A stretch of DNA of 64,000 nucleotides. Origin: an uncultured Acidobacteriota bacterium. Lineage in GTDB: Bacteria; Acidobacteriota; Vicinamibacteria; Vicinamibacterales; CAVPJW01. Positions 48,039 to 56,776 of this stretch are shown piece after piece; position 1 is the stretch's first letter; the number at the start of each line of letters is the position of its first letter. Below the pieces are notes generated by a model. That model was given only the letters and a program-made list of their open reading frames with translations, was not told the origin of the DNA and ran no database searches. The stretch covers positions 162,241 through 226,240 of the forward strand of contig CAWGYQ010000002.1 of NCBI GenBank assembly GCA_963826865.1, written 5' to 3'. A program made the position numbers and the translations under genes.

Positions 48039-49064
48039 ATGTCACCGTTCGGGGCGTTTGTCGACGGAATCCGCCGCGTGATGCAGGCGCCGGCGATCCT
48101 GCTGGGCATTGCCGTCCTGACGTTCCTGCTGGCGCTGCCGATGGGACTGGCGCTGCGGGGCCTGCTGCGCGATCACCTCGGCAGCAGTCTGGCCGCCGAA
48201 ACGGCGGCGTCCGGCGTGAACCAAGACTGGTGGGAAGAGTTCAAGGCGGGCTCGAGCGGCATCGGCCGAACGTTCGACCAGAGCATCATCGGCGGCGCGG
48301 CGGTGCTCCACAACATCAGCGGCATTCTCGACAATCGTGCCCTCTCGCCGGTCGTCGCGAGCGCGGCGGCCGTTTATCTCTTCGTCTGGGCGTTCCTGGC
48401 TGGAGGCGTGCTCGACCGCTATGCGCGCGGCCGGCCGACGAGGTCGCACGGGTTCTTCAGCGCCTGCGGGGTGTTCTTCTTCCGCTTTCTCCGGCTCGCG
48501 GTGCTGATGGGGCTCGTCTACTACGTGCTGTTCCGCCACGTGCACCCGTGGCTCTTCGACAGCTTCTTCGAGCGCGTCACCAAGAATCTCACGGTCGAAC
48601 GCACGGCGTTCATCTGGCGCATGGGACTGTACGGTCTGTTCGCGTGGCTGCTGATGCTCGTCACGCTGGTCTTCGACTACGCGAAGGTCCGCGCCGTCGT
48701 CGAGGACCGGCGCAGCATGGTCGGAGCCCTGGTGGCCGCGGCGCGGTTCGTGAGACGTCATCCGGGGCGCACCATCTGCCTCTACCTCTTGAACGCGCTG
48801 TGCTTCGCAGCGGTGGCTGGAGCCTACGTTCTTCTGGCGCCAGGCGCGGGGGCGACCGGCGTGTCGATGTGGATGGGATTTGCGATCGGGCAGCTCTACC
48901 TGCTGGGCCGATTGTCGGTCAAGCTGCTCTTCTACGCCTCGCAGACTGCGCTTTTCCAGGGCGCTCTGGCGCACGCGGGATACACCGCGGCCGCGCCGCC
49001 AGTCTGGCCCGAGTCGCCCGCCGCTGAAGCGATTGGCAACGCCCGGTCAGACCTCCGGATCTAG
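48039..49064 (+). CDS. hypothetical polytopic membrane protein
   Basis: 341-aa ORF (ATG 48039, AGGAG 9 nt upstream) with about 7 hydrophobic segments. I recognise no family. Confidence 0.6.
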   Translation: MSPFGAFVDGIRRVMQAPAILLGIAVLTFLLALPMGLALRGLLRDHLGSSLAAETAASGVNQDWWEEFKAGSSGIGRTFDQSIIGGAAVLHNISGILDNRALSPVVASAAAVYLFVWAFLAGGVLDRYARGRPTRSHGFFSACGVFFFRFLRLAVLMGLVYYVLFRHVHPWLFDSFFERVTKNLTVERTAFIWRMGLYGLFAWLLMLVTLVFDYAKVRAVVEDRRSMVGALVAAARFVRRHPGRTICLYLLNALCFAAVAGAYVLLAPGAGATGVSMWMGFAIGQLYLLGRLSVKLLFYASQTALFQGALAHAGYTAAAPPVWPESPAAEAIGNARSDLRI

Positions 49065-51820
49065 CGTTCCGTACTGGCCAGCTGTCCTTTGGCCTGCCGG
49101 GCCGTCTCACGCAGCAGAGGATCGGGCGCGTCGAGCCATTTGTCGAGCTCGCCTTCGAGCGACTTCAGGCCGAGCGTGCCAATCGCGTACGCGGCGCACG
49201 ACTTGAGCCACGGGTCTTCGCTCACGAGCAGCATCGAGACGGCTTCTTCCTGCGACTCGACACCTGCGCCAACGATGCGGTTGGCCAGGCTCACACGCTC
49301 TGCCACGCTCACCTCGGCATCGAGGAGCGGCACCAGCAGGGTCCGAAGCTGGGGCTTGAGGACGCTCTCGAGAAATTCCAGCGAGTTGTCGTGCACCAGG
49401 GGCTTGTCCGACTGCAGTCCGAAATAGGCGCTGTGGAGATCGAAGTGCGGGAACAGGATCTTGAGCAGCCGGAAGATGCGCTCAACCTCCTGGTTCATCG
49501 AGTCGCGCAGGGCCTGCACGACGGGATCCGAGCTCTCCAGGTGCCCGCCCAGCATGCCGACGATCTGATAGGAGCGGTAGTGCCCCATGATCTCGGCGGC
49601 GAGCACCGTCTCGACCATCTTGACGTCGATCGGCTGGTTGGGGTTCTGCTGGACCAGTTTGTTGAGCGCCGAGATGGTGCGGAAGCGAAGCGCCGTGTCG
49701 GCCTCGAGCATGCCCTCGACGAGCACCGTCTCTGCCGCCGGCGTGCCAATCTGCAGCAGGACGCCCGGCAACTCGCGCCGGATCTCGATCGGAACCGACG
49801 GATCCGCCAGCTGATCACGCAGCGTGCCGACGACGCGGTCGCCGAACGCGGCGAGGGCGGAGGTGGCCTCGTCGACGAACTGCGGCTCGGCGAGTCGCGA
49901 GAGCAGTCGCGGAATGAACTCGCGCTTCTTCATCCGCCCAATCGCCCGTAACGCGTACCCCGCGACCTCCGGATCCTTGTCGTCGGCGAGCTGCTGCAAT
50001 TGCTCGGCGAAGCCTTCCGGAAGCAGCGAAAGCAGGCGCGCGGCCTCGAGCCGTGCGCGACGGCCCTCTATTCCTTCCTCAGCCACCATCGACTGGAGCA
50101 TGAACTGGGCCGCCTCCAGGTTCTGGGCGCGGCCTGGGCGCGCGAGAAAGGCCACCATCGCCGAACGGATTGAGAAGTCCGGGAAATCGCCCAGCGCCTC
50201 GATGCGCTCGAGCGGATCGATGTGCGCATGGTGTGTGAGATAGAGCAGCGCTTCGGTCCGCACGTCGAGCGACGGGTCGTACAGCAGACGCTCGATCGTC
50301 GCGAGGACCGTCTTGTCGCCCGCCGCGGCGAGCCGTGCAATGGCTCGCTGTCGGACTTCGGGCTCGGGGTGCTTCAACAACCCGCGGACAGCCGGGTGCG
50401 TGGCCTGCCGATGACCCATGTCGAAGAGGCCGAGCGCGTAGAGAATCTCGTCCTTGTCGCCCGACTGGAGGCTCGCGGCCAGCACGTTCGTGGTCGAGCG
50501 ATCGAGCACCGGCGCCATCGCGCGCTCGGCATCGAGCCGATGCTGATGAATGCTTTCGCCGAGCGTGGCGACGTACTGGCGCCGGGCGACGTAGGCGGCA
50601 GCGATCCAGCCGCCGAGCACGACCAGGGCGACGATGCTCATCTCGCGCGCGGAGAGGCCCATGCGGTTGGCGAAGATCAGCACGAGGAGCGCGCCGAGCC
50701 CATCGCCGGCCCGCCAGATCACGGTGTCGATGAACGACTTCACCTGCATCTTCTGCGTCGCCGCCACCGGCAGGTACAGCAGTTCGACCGTGGTCTTGTC
50801 GATGGAGTACCGGAGCACCTGGTCGCTGCCGCGAAGAAAGACGGCCGAGGCAAGCGACGCAAACACCAGCACGCCAATCGAGCCCAGGCTGAGCGACACT
50901 GGCACGATGAAGAGCGCGAACCCGAGGCCAAAGCGCTTCAGGAAGCGCGAGGTCAGCAGCAGTTGGGCCAGCAGGCTGGCCAGGCCGGCGTAGAAGTTGA
51001 ACTGGCCGAAGAATGCCGTCAGCAGATCCGTCTCGTGAATCGCCTGCTTCGCAATCGCCTTGAACTGCCAGCCCGTTATGCTCGTCGCGAACGACGAGAG
51101 ACAAATCACGGCGGCGATGGCCGACAGATACGGCGAGGATCGGATGACACGCAGGCTCTCGCGCAGCCCTCGCCGCATCGCATCGTCCATCCGCCCCGCG
51201 TCCGGATCGGCGGCGCCCGTCGACCGTGCTTCGGCAGAGATCCGGTTCACAAGAAACGCGCAGATGGCGAGGGCCATGGCCATCGCGAGCAGCGTGCTCT
51301 CGGTGCCGAAGCGCGTCGCGGCGACCTTCGTGAGGAAACCGCCGACGATCCATCCGCCGATGGCGCCGCCGCCGATGAGCCCGAACAGCCGCTTGGCCTC
51401 TCGCGGGGCGAGGACCGAGCTGGCGAGCGTCCAGACCTGCGTCGGCGCCAGGACGCCGAACACGCCCATCCAGACGTAGATCGTGGGCAGGAGCCACGGC
51501 GGATCCAGATAGTGATTGAGAACCCAGAAGAGCAGACAGTTGCTCGAAAAGATCAACAGGCTGCCGACGAGCAGGGCGCGGAGGCTCACCAGACGTCCGA
51601 GCTTGATGTACGGCGAGACGATGAGCGCGACAATGACTGCGACAGTGAAGTCGGCGTACGGCAGCTGCACGGCTTGAAAGCGATCCAGGAACATGGCGTC
51701 CCGGGCCGCCTTGCCGACCACGTAGCTGCTGATGACGAGGAACAGGTAGGTGAAGAGCAGGATGCCGCGGCGGAACTCGCCCGCCCGGAGATTCAGCACC
51801 CGCTCGAGGGCGCGCACCAT
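49061..51820 (-). CDS. TLC (ATP/ADP-translocase-like, Npt1/Npt2) transporter domain fused to HEAT repeats
   Basis: 919-aa ORF (ATG). N-terminal 430 aa or so are polytopic, opening LRAGEFRRGILLFTYLFLVISSYVVGKAARDAMFL, which is typical of PF03219-type carriers. The C-terminal half has repeated HEAT-like units (…HPEPEVRQRAIARLAAAGD…, …DPSLDVRTEALLYL…, …DKDPEVAGYALRAIG…). Confidence 0.7.
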   Translation of the reverse strand: MVRALERVLNLRAGEFRRGILLFTYLFLVISSYVVGKAARDAMFLDRFQAVQLPYADFTVAVIVALIVSPYIKLGRLVSLRALLVGSLLIFSSNCLLFWVLNHYLDPPWLLPTIYVWMGVFGVLAPTQVWTLASSVLAPREAKRLFGLIGGGAIGGWIVGGFLTKVAATRFGTESTLLAMAMALAICAFLVNRISAEARSTGAADPDAGRMDDAMRRGLRESLRVIRSSPYLSAIAAVICLSSFATSITGWQFKAIAKQAIHETDLLTAFFGQFNFYAGLASLLAQLLLTSRFLKRFGLGFALFIVPVSLSLGSIGVLVFASLASAVFLRGSDQVLRYSIDKTTVELLYLPVAATQKMQVKSFIDTVIWRAGDGLGALLVLIFANRMGLSAREMSIVALVVLGGWIAAAYVARRQYVATLGESIHQHRLDAERAMAPVLDRSTTNVLAASLQSGDKDEILYALGLFDMGHRQATHPAVRGLLKHPEPEVRQRAIARLAAAGDKTVLATIERLLYDPSLDVRTEALLYLTHHAHIDPLERIEALGDFPDFSIRSAMVAFLARPGRAQNLEAAQFMLQSMVAEEGIEGRRARLEAARLLSLLPEGFAEQLQQLADDKDPEVAGYALRAIGRMKKREFIPRLLSRLAEPQFVDEATSALAAFGDRVVGTLRDQLADPSVPIEIRRELPGVLLQIGTPAAETVLVEGMLEADTALRFRTISALNKLVQQNPNQPIDVKMVETVLAAEIMGHYRSYQIVGMLGGHLESSDPVVQALRDSMNQEVERIFRLLKILFPHFDLHSAYFGLQSDKPLVHDNSLEFLESVLKPQLRTLLVPLLDAEVSVAERVSLANRIVGAGVESQEEAVSMLLVSEDPWLKSCAAYAIGTLGLKSLEGELDKWLDAPDPLLRETARQAKGQLASTER

Positions 51821-51858
51821 TGAGGTGGGGAGATTCTATCCTACCCGGCGACCCGAAC

Positions 51859-51887
51859 TTGCCGGGGGGCGGGCCGTGACATAGAAT
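51859..51887 (+). promoter_or_regulatory. candidate promoter of the 1231-aa TLC-HEAT-cNMP gene; its -10 is one arm of an 8-bp inverted repeat
   Basis: TTGCCG (51859-51864), 17-nt spacer, TAGAAT (51882-51887). GATTCTAT (51832-51839) and ATAGAATC (51881-51888) are exact inverted copies. Confidence 0.3.
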
Positions 51888-52065
51888 CGCGCGAACCCGC
51901 AACGCGTTCGGTCAGCCAGCACGCCGTCCGCGGGCACACTTTGCAGGGCCATGATCGACCCCGTAGAGACTCCGCGCCCGCTCCAGCCTGTCTGGTCGCG
52001 GGCCTCACTGTGACGCCAGCGGTCCCCGGGCCCATCACCACTTCTCACCTACGGAGCCGCGCTCT

Positions 52066-55000
52066 ATGAAGGGATCTCTGCTCCGCCGCATTCTGACTCC
52101 CGTCGCCCAGCTCCGGGACGAGGAGGCGCAGACGGCGCTGATGATGTTCGCCTATTCGTTCCTGGCGATGACCTCGTACAACATCATCAAGCCCATCACG
52201 CGCTCGAAGTTCATCGAAGGTCTCGGGGCGGACAACCTGCCACTCGTGCAGCTCGGCGCCGGGCTGCTCATCGGCATCATCATGCAGGGCTATGCCAAGG
52301 CCGTCGGCGTGCTGCCCCGCCGGTGGGTCATCCCCATCACACAGGCCGGCATGGCCGGCATCATGCTGCTGTTCTGGGCGCTCTTCCAGACCGGCGCCGC
52401 GTGGGTTCCTGTCGCGTTCTATCTCCTCGGCCTCATTCTCGGCATTCTGCTCATCAGCCAGTTCTGGACGCTTGCCAACGACATCTACGATCCCCGGCAG
52501 GCCAAGCGCGTGTTCGGATTCATCGGCGGCGGAGCAAGCCTCGGCGGCATCCTCGGGTCGGCCATTCTCACCTTCTTCGTCGACGAGGTCGGCACCGTCA
52601 ATCTGCTGCTGATCAGCACGGTTGGACTCGGGCTGTGCATGGCGCTCGTCACGGCGATTGTCGCGCGTGAGAAGTCGGCGGGCGCGAGCGGTCCGGCCAC
52701 GGGTGAGGAGAAAGGCGTGGGCTGGGGCGAAGCGCTGAAGCTGCTGCGCGAGTCGAGGCACCTGCAGACGATCGCGCTCGTCATCGCGTTCGCCGCCATC
52801 GGCGCCGCCATCATCGAGCAGCAGCTCAATCTGGCGGCCGCCGCGGCCAAGGGCAGTGGCGGCACCGACGCCATCACCGCGTTCCTCGGGACCGTCCAGC
52901 TGTACACCTCGATCATCGGCTTCGTCGTCCAGGTCTGGCTGACCAGCCGCATTCACCGGTATCTCGGCATCGGATTCGCTCTGCTCGTCCTTCCGGTCAG
53001 CCTCGGCGCCACGGCCGTCGTGATTCTGGTGACGCGGGCGCTCTGGGCGCCCGGCCTCGCGCGGGTGCTCGACACCTCGCTGCGCTACACGGTGGACAAG
53101 ACCACGCGAGAGGTGCTGTTTCTACCGCTTCCGACCAACCTCAAATACCAGGCGAAGCCCTTCGTGGACGTCACCGTCGATCGCTTCGCGAAGGCTCTCG
53201 GCGCGTTGCTCTGCCTGGTTCTGATCAAACCGTGGGGCCTGAACCTTCCCTGGCCCGAGCTGAGCTACGCCAGCCTCGTGATGACGGGTCTGTGGGTGTT
53301 GATGTCCATCCGCGCCCGCCGCGGCTATTTGCTCGCCTTCCGCAAGAGCATCGAGCAGCGGGACGTCGTCCCCACCGATGTGCGGCTGAACGTCGCCGAT
53401 CTGTCCACGGTCGAAACGCTCGTCGAAGAGCTGTCGAACCCCGATCCGCGCCGCGTGCTGTACGCGATCGAGCTGCTCGAATCGCTCGACAAGCGGAACC
53501 TGATCACGCCGTTACTGCTGCATCACGGCTCCGAACAGGTGCGTGCGCGCGCCCTCGCAGCGCTCGAAGGAGCTCGGCCCGACGTGGCGGAGCGATGGCT
53601 GCCGGCGATCGAACGGATGCTGAAGGACCCGAGCGCCGACGTTCGGGCTGCAGCGGTCCGCGCGCTTTCGGCGATCCGCCGGGAAGACGTCTCACCCTTG
53701 ATGCGGAAGTACCTCGAAGATCGGGATCCGCGGGTGATGGTGACGGCCGCCGTGGCACTCGCCGACAGCTCCAATCCAGACGAGGTGAAGGCCGCGGAGG
53801 CGGCGCTGAAGACGGTGACCGCCGACACACGCCAGGTCACCGCCGCCGCGCGGAGAGAAGTGGCGAGCGCCGTGGCGCGCATCAAGAACCCGGACCTGCA
53901 ACACCTGCTCATTCCTCTTCTCTACGACTCGGATCTGGGCGTCGCGCAGGAAGCCATTCGCAGCGCGAAGATCATGGCTGGCAACCATGCGCTGCTGCTG
54001 CCGCCGCTCATCTCGCTCCTGCGCAACCGGCGGCTCAAGCCGCAGGTCCGCGAAGTGCTCGTCAGCTACGGGGAGGAAGTCGTCGACGTTCTCGGCTATT
54101 TCCTGCACGACACCGAGGAGGATATTTGGGTGCGCCGGCATATCCCCGGCACCCTGGCGCTGTTTCCCACTCAGAAGGCGATGGATATGCTCGTCACGGC
54201 CCTCGACGATCCCGACGGCTTCCTCCGGTACAAGGTAGTAGCCGCCATGGAGAAGCTGCGCCGCGACCACGAGGGTCTCACGATTGCGCGCGAGCCCATC
54301 GAGCGGCTGGCAGTCAAGGAAGCGAGCCGGTATTCCAACTACCTGACGCTGCGCTACAACCTCTTCAAGGCCAAGCCCAACGACTCGCTGCTCGCACGCG
54401 CGCTGACCGAGAAGCTCGATCGCACGGTGGATCGCGTCTACCGGCTGCTGGGACTCGTCTACCCGTGGAAGGACATCGCCGCTGCGCGCTGGGCGATCGA
54501 TCACGGGGACGCCCGGGCGAGCGCGAGCGCCAGCGAGTACCTCGACAACCTGCTCACGGGCCCACTTCGCAAGCGCGTCCTACCGGTTCTGGAGGAACTG
54601 CCGATCGACGAGAAGGTGCGCAAGGCCAATCTGTTTCTGCGCTCCCGACAACGGGACGCCGAGGAGACGCTGGCCCAACTCGTGGCCGACGAGGATCAGG
54701 TGGTGGCCGCCTCCGCCATTCATTACGTCGAGCAGACGAAACTCTGGAAGCTCGCCGACGACCTCGAACACGCGCTGGCGTTCCGCGATGTCAAGGACTG
54801 GTACGTCTTCGAAGCCGCGTCCTGGGCCCTGGCCGCATATCGGTTGCCGGTCGAGAAGCGCCGCGCGCTCTGGATGGAGCCGCTGCCCGCCGTCGAACTG
54901 GCCGACCGCCTGCGACACATCCCGCTTTTCGACTTCGTCTCGGTCGACGAGCTGTTCCGCATCGCCGGCATCGGCCGCCAGGTGCGCCACGAGAGCGGAC

Positions 55001-55761
55001 GCGTGCTCTACCAGCAGGGGGCGCCCGCCGAAGAGTTGCAGTTCCTGCTCGATGGCAAGGTGTCGATCGTGGAGAAAGACGGAGCGCCGCATGAACTGGA
55101 GGCCCCGGCGGCCCTGGCGTTCGAGGGAGTCCTCGAGGGAAGCCCGGTGCCGGCCACCGTCCGCGCCGTGGACGTGGCGATCGGCCTGGCGCTGAACATC
55201 GAAGAGTTCATGACGCTGCTCTCCGACAACACGCTGCTCGCGCAGGGGCTGTTCCGGATGCTGATGGCCAAGCCGTCGGCCACCGGATGGCGCACCGTCG
55301 TGCGTGCCGCGGCTGCGCCGGCTCCCGAGAGCACCAACCTCTCGCTCACCGCCATCGACGAGGTGCTCGTGCTGCACGGCGTGCCGGTGTTCCGACGCGC
55401 CTCACCGGAGCAGCTGCTGGCGCTCGGCCGTATCGCGGATCAGGTCCTGCTCGCCGACGGGGCGCAGCTGTTCGCCGAGTCGGATCGGGCCGCCATCTAT
55501 ACCGTGATTGCCGGTGAGGTCACGCTCGAGGGCGCCGGACTCTCCACGACCAAAGCGGGACCAGGCGATACCTTTGGCGTCTTCGAGACCCTCGGATTCG
55601 AGCGGGCCGGGTGGAAGGCACGGGTGACGAAGCCCGGACAGGCCCTCAGGATCGACAGGGAGGAGCTCTTCGATCTGCTGGGCGAGCACATGGACCTCCT
55701 GCAGGGTATTTTTTCGGCGCTTCTGCGAATCGAGGCGGCCGAACCGGTCTCGACCCCTTGA
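52066..55761 (+). CDS. TLC (ATP/ADP-translocase-like) transporter domain fused to HEAT repeats and two C-terminal cyclic-nucleotide-binding domains
   Basis: 1231-aa ORF (ATG). N-terminus LRDEEAQTALMMFAYSFLAMTSYNIIKPITRSKF plus about 12 TM segments. The central region has HEAT units (…HGSEQVRARALAAL…, …DPSADVRAAAVRAL…, …DRDPRVMVTAAVAL…). Two cNMP-type domains begin HIPLFDFVSVDELFRIAGIGRQV (about 54900) and HGVPVFRRASPEQLLALGRIADQV (about 55370). Confidence 0.75.
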   Translation: MKGSLLRRILTPVAQLRDEEAQTALMMFAYSFLAMTSYNIIKPITRSKFIEGLGADNLPLVQLGAGLLIGIIMQGYAKAVGVLPRRWVIPITQAGMAGIMLLFWALFQTGAAWVPVAFYLLGLILGILLISQFWTLANDIYDPRQAKRVFGFIGGGASLGGILGSAILTFFVDEVGTVNLLLISTVGLGLCMALVTAIVAREKSAGASGPATGEEKGVGWGEALKLLRESRHLQTIALVIAFAAIGAAIIEQQLNLAAAAAKGSGGTDAITAFLGTVQLYTSIIGFVVQVWLTSRIHRYLGIGFALLVLPVSLGATAVVILVTRALWAPGLARVLDTSLRYTVDKTTREVLFLPLPTNLKYQAKPFVDVTVDRFAKALGALLCLVLIKPWGLNLPWPELSYASLVMTGLWVLMSIRARRGYLLAFRKSIEQRDVVPTDVRLNVADLSTVETLVEELSNPDPRRVLYAIELLESLDKRNLITPLLLHHGSEQVRARALAALEGARPDVAERWLPAIERMLKDPSADVRAAAVRALSAIRREDVSPLMRKYLEDRDPRVMVTAAVALADSSNPDEVKAAEAALKTVTADTRQVTAAARREVASAVARIKNPDLQHLLIPLLYDSDLGVAQEAIRSAKIMAGNHALLLPPLISLLRNRRLKPQVREVLVSYGEEVVDVLGYFLHDTEEDIWVRRHIPGTLALFPTQKAMDMLVTALDDPDGFLRYKVVAAMEKLRRDHEGLTIAREPIERLAVKEASRYSNYLTLRYNLFKAKPNDSLLARALTEKLDRTVDRVYRLLGLVYPWKDIAAARWAIDHGDARASASASEYLDNLLTGPLRKRVLPVLEELPIDEKVRKANLFLRSRQRDAEETLAQLVADEDQVVAASAIHYVEQTKLWKLADDLEHALAFRDVKDWYVFEAASWALAAYRLPVEKRRALWMEPLPAVELADRLRHIPLFDFVSVDELFRIAGIGRQVRHESGRVLYQQGAPAEELQFLLDGKVSIVEKDGAPHELEAPAALAFEGVLEGSPVPATVRAVDVAIGLALNIEEFMTLLSDNTLLAQGLFRMLMAKPSATGWRTVVRAAAAPAPESTNLSLTAIDEVLVLHGVPVFRRASPEQLLALGRIADQVLLADGAQLFAESDRAAIYTVIAGEVTLEGAGLSTTKAGPGDTFGVFETLGFERAGWKARVTKPGQALRIDREELFDLLGEHMDLLQGIFSALLRIEAAEPVSTP

Positions 55762-55907
55762 TCCTGATCCGGACAGAGGTTCCGCGGTCCGTGGACGGGG
55801 GTACTCGACCTCTCGGCGGCTGGCGTTCCGCGCTATACTGCGCGCCGATCATATCAAGCTCTCCGGGCATTCCCCGTGGGCATGTCATCAAATTGCGGAG
55901 GTACTGC

Positions 55908-56735
55908 ATGCGCGTTTTGCTCCGTACCATGCTCGCCGGTCTCGTCGTCTTCGTCCTTCACGCACCGCCTGTCGTCCCGGTCGGCGCCCAGGCTCCTGCC
56001 GTCGCGCCGGCCGTCAATGCCAAGACGTGGGTGGGAAAGTACGCGGAGTATGAGGAGTACCTGCGCACGGCGGAGATCGAAAAGATCGAGGACGTCGGGA
56101 TGGGCGTGACCAAGCCGCGGCGCGCCTGGCTCAAGCCGGGCGGCCCGTTCGAGAGTATGGCGTGGAAGCCTCTGAAGCCCGGCATCCAGCGCGGGTACTG
56201 GGAGAGCTACAAGGCAGAGATCGCCGCCTATGAGATCGACAAGCTCCTCAAGCTCGAAATGGTGCCGCCGGCGGTCGAGCGGCGTATCGATGGCGACCTG
56301 GGCGCCGTGATCATGTGGGTCTCACCGACGCGCATGTGGAAGATGGGTGACACCGACACGCCGACAGGCTTCAAGTGGATGCGCGAGATCGTGCGCATGA
56401 AAATGGTCGACGACCTCATCGGGAACATCGACAGGAACGCCGGGAACCTTCTCGTCGATCCCGCCTGGAACATGATTCTCATCGACCACTCGCGAGCGCT
56501 CACACCCAAGAAGGAGCTGCCCACCAAGCTCGGTCGCATCGATCGCGAGTTGTGGGACAAGATGAACGCGCTCACCGAGGAGAGCCTGACGACCGCGCTC
56601 AGTGAGTGGCTCACCAAAGCGGAAATCAAGGGGATTCTCGATCGCCGTAGTGGCATGGACAAGATCATCAAGGAGATGATCTCGAAGGGCGGCGAAGCGG
56701 GCGCTTACCTGCCGAACATCCCCGTCACCCACTGA
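55908..56735 (+). CDS. secreted PI3/PI4-kinase-like (protein-kinase-fold) domain protein
   Basis: 275 aa from ATG 55908 (GGAGG 6 nt upstream). Signal peptide MRVLLRTMLAGLVVFVLHAPPVVPVGAQA. KP...GYWESYKAEIAAYEIDKLLKLEMVPP and DDLIGNIDRNAGNLLVD...ILIDHSRAL resemble the catalytic (DRHxxN) and activation (IDHG) loops of the PI3_PI4_kinase family. Confidence 0.5.
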   Translation: MRVLLRTMLAGLVVFVLHAPPVVPVGAQAPAVAPAVNAKTWVGKYAEYEEYLRTAEIEKIEDVGMGVTKPRRAWLKPGGPFESMAWKPLKPGIQRGYWESYKAEIAAYEIDKLLKLEMVPPAVERRIDGDLGAVIMWVSPTRMWKMGDTDTPTGFKWMREIVRMKMVDDLIGNIDRNAGNLLVDPAWNMILIDHSRALTPKKELPTKLGRIDRELWDKMNALTEESLTTALSEWLTKAEIKGILDRRSGMDKIIKEMISKGGEAGAYLPNIPVTH

Positions 56736-56776
56736 GCATCGCCGGACGCGCGGTCGACACGCGGGGGCACGAACGA

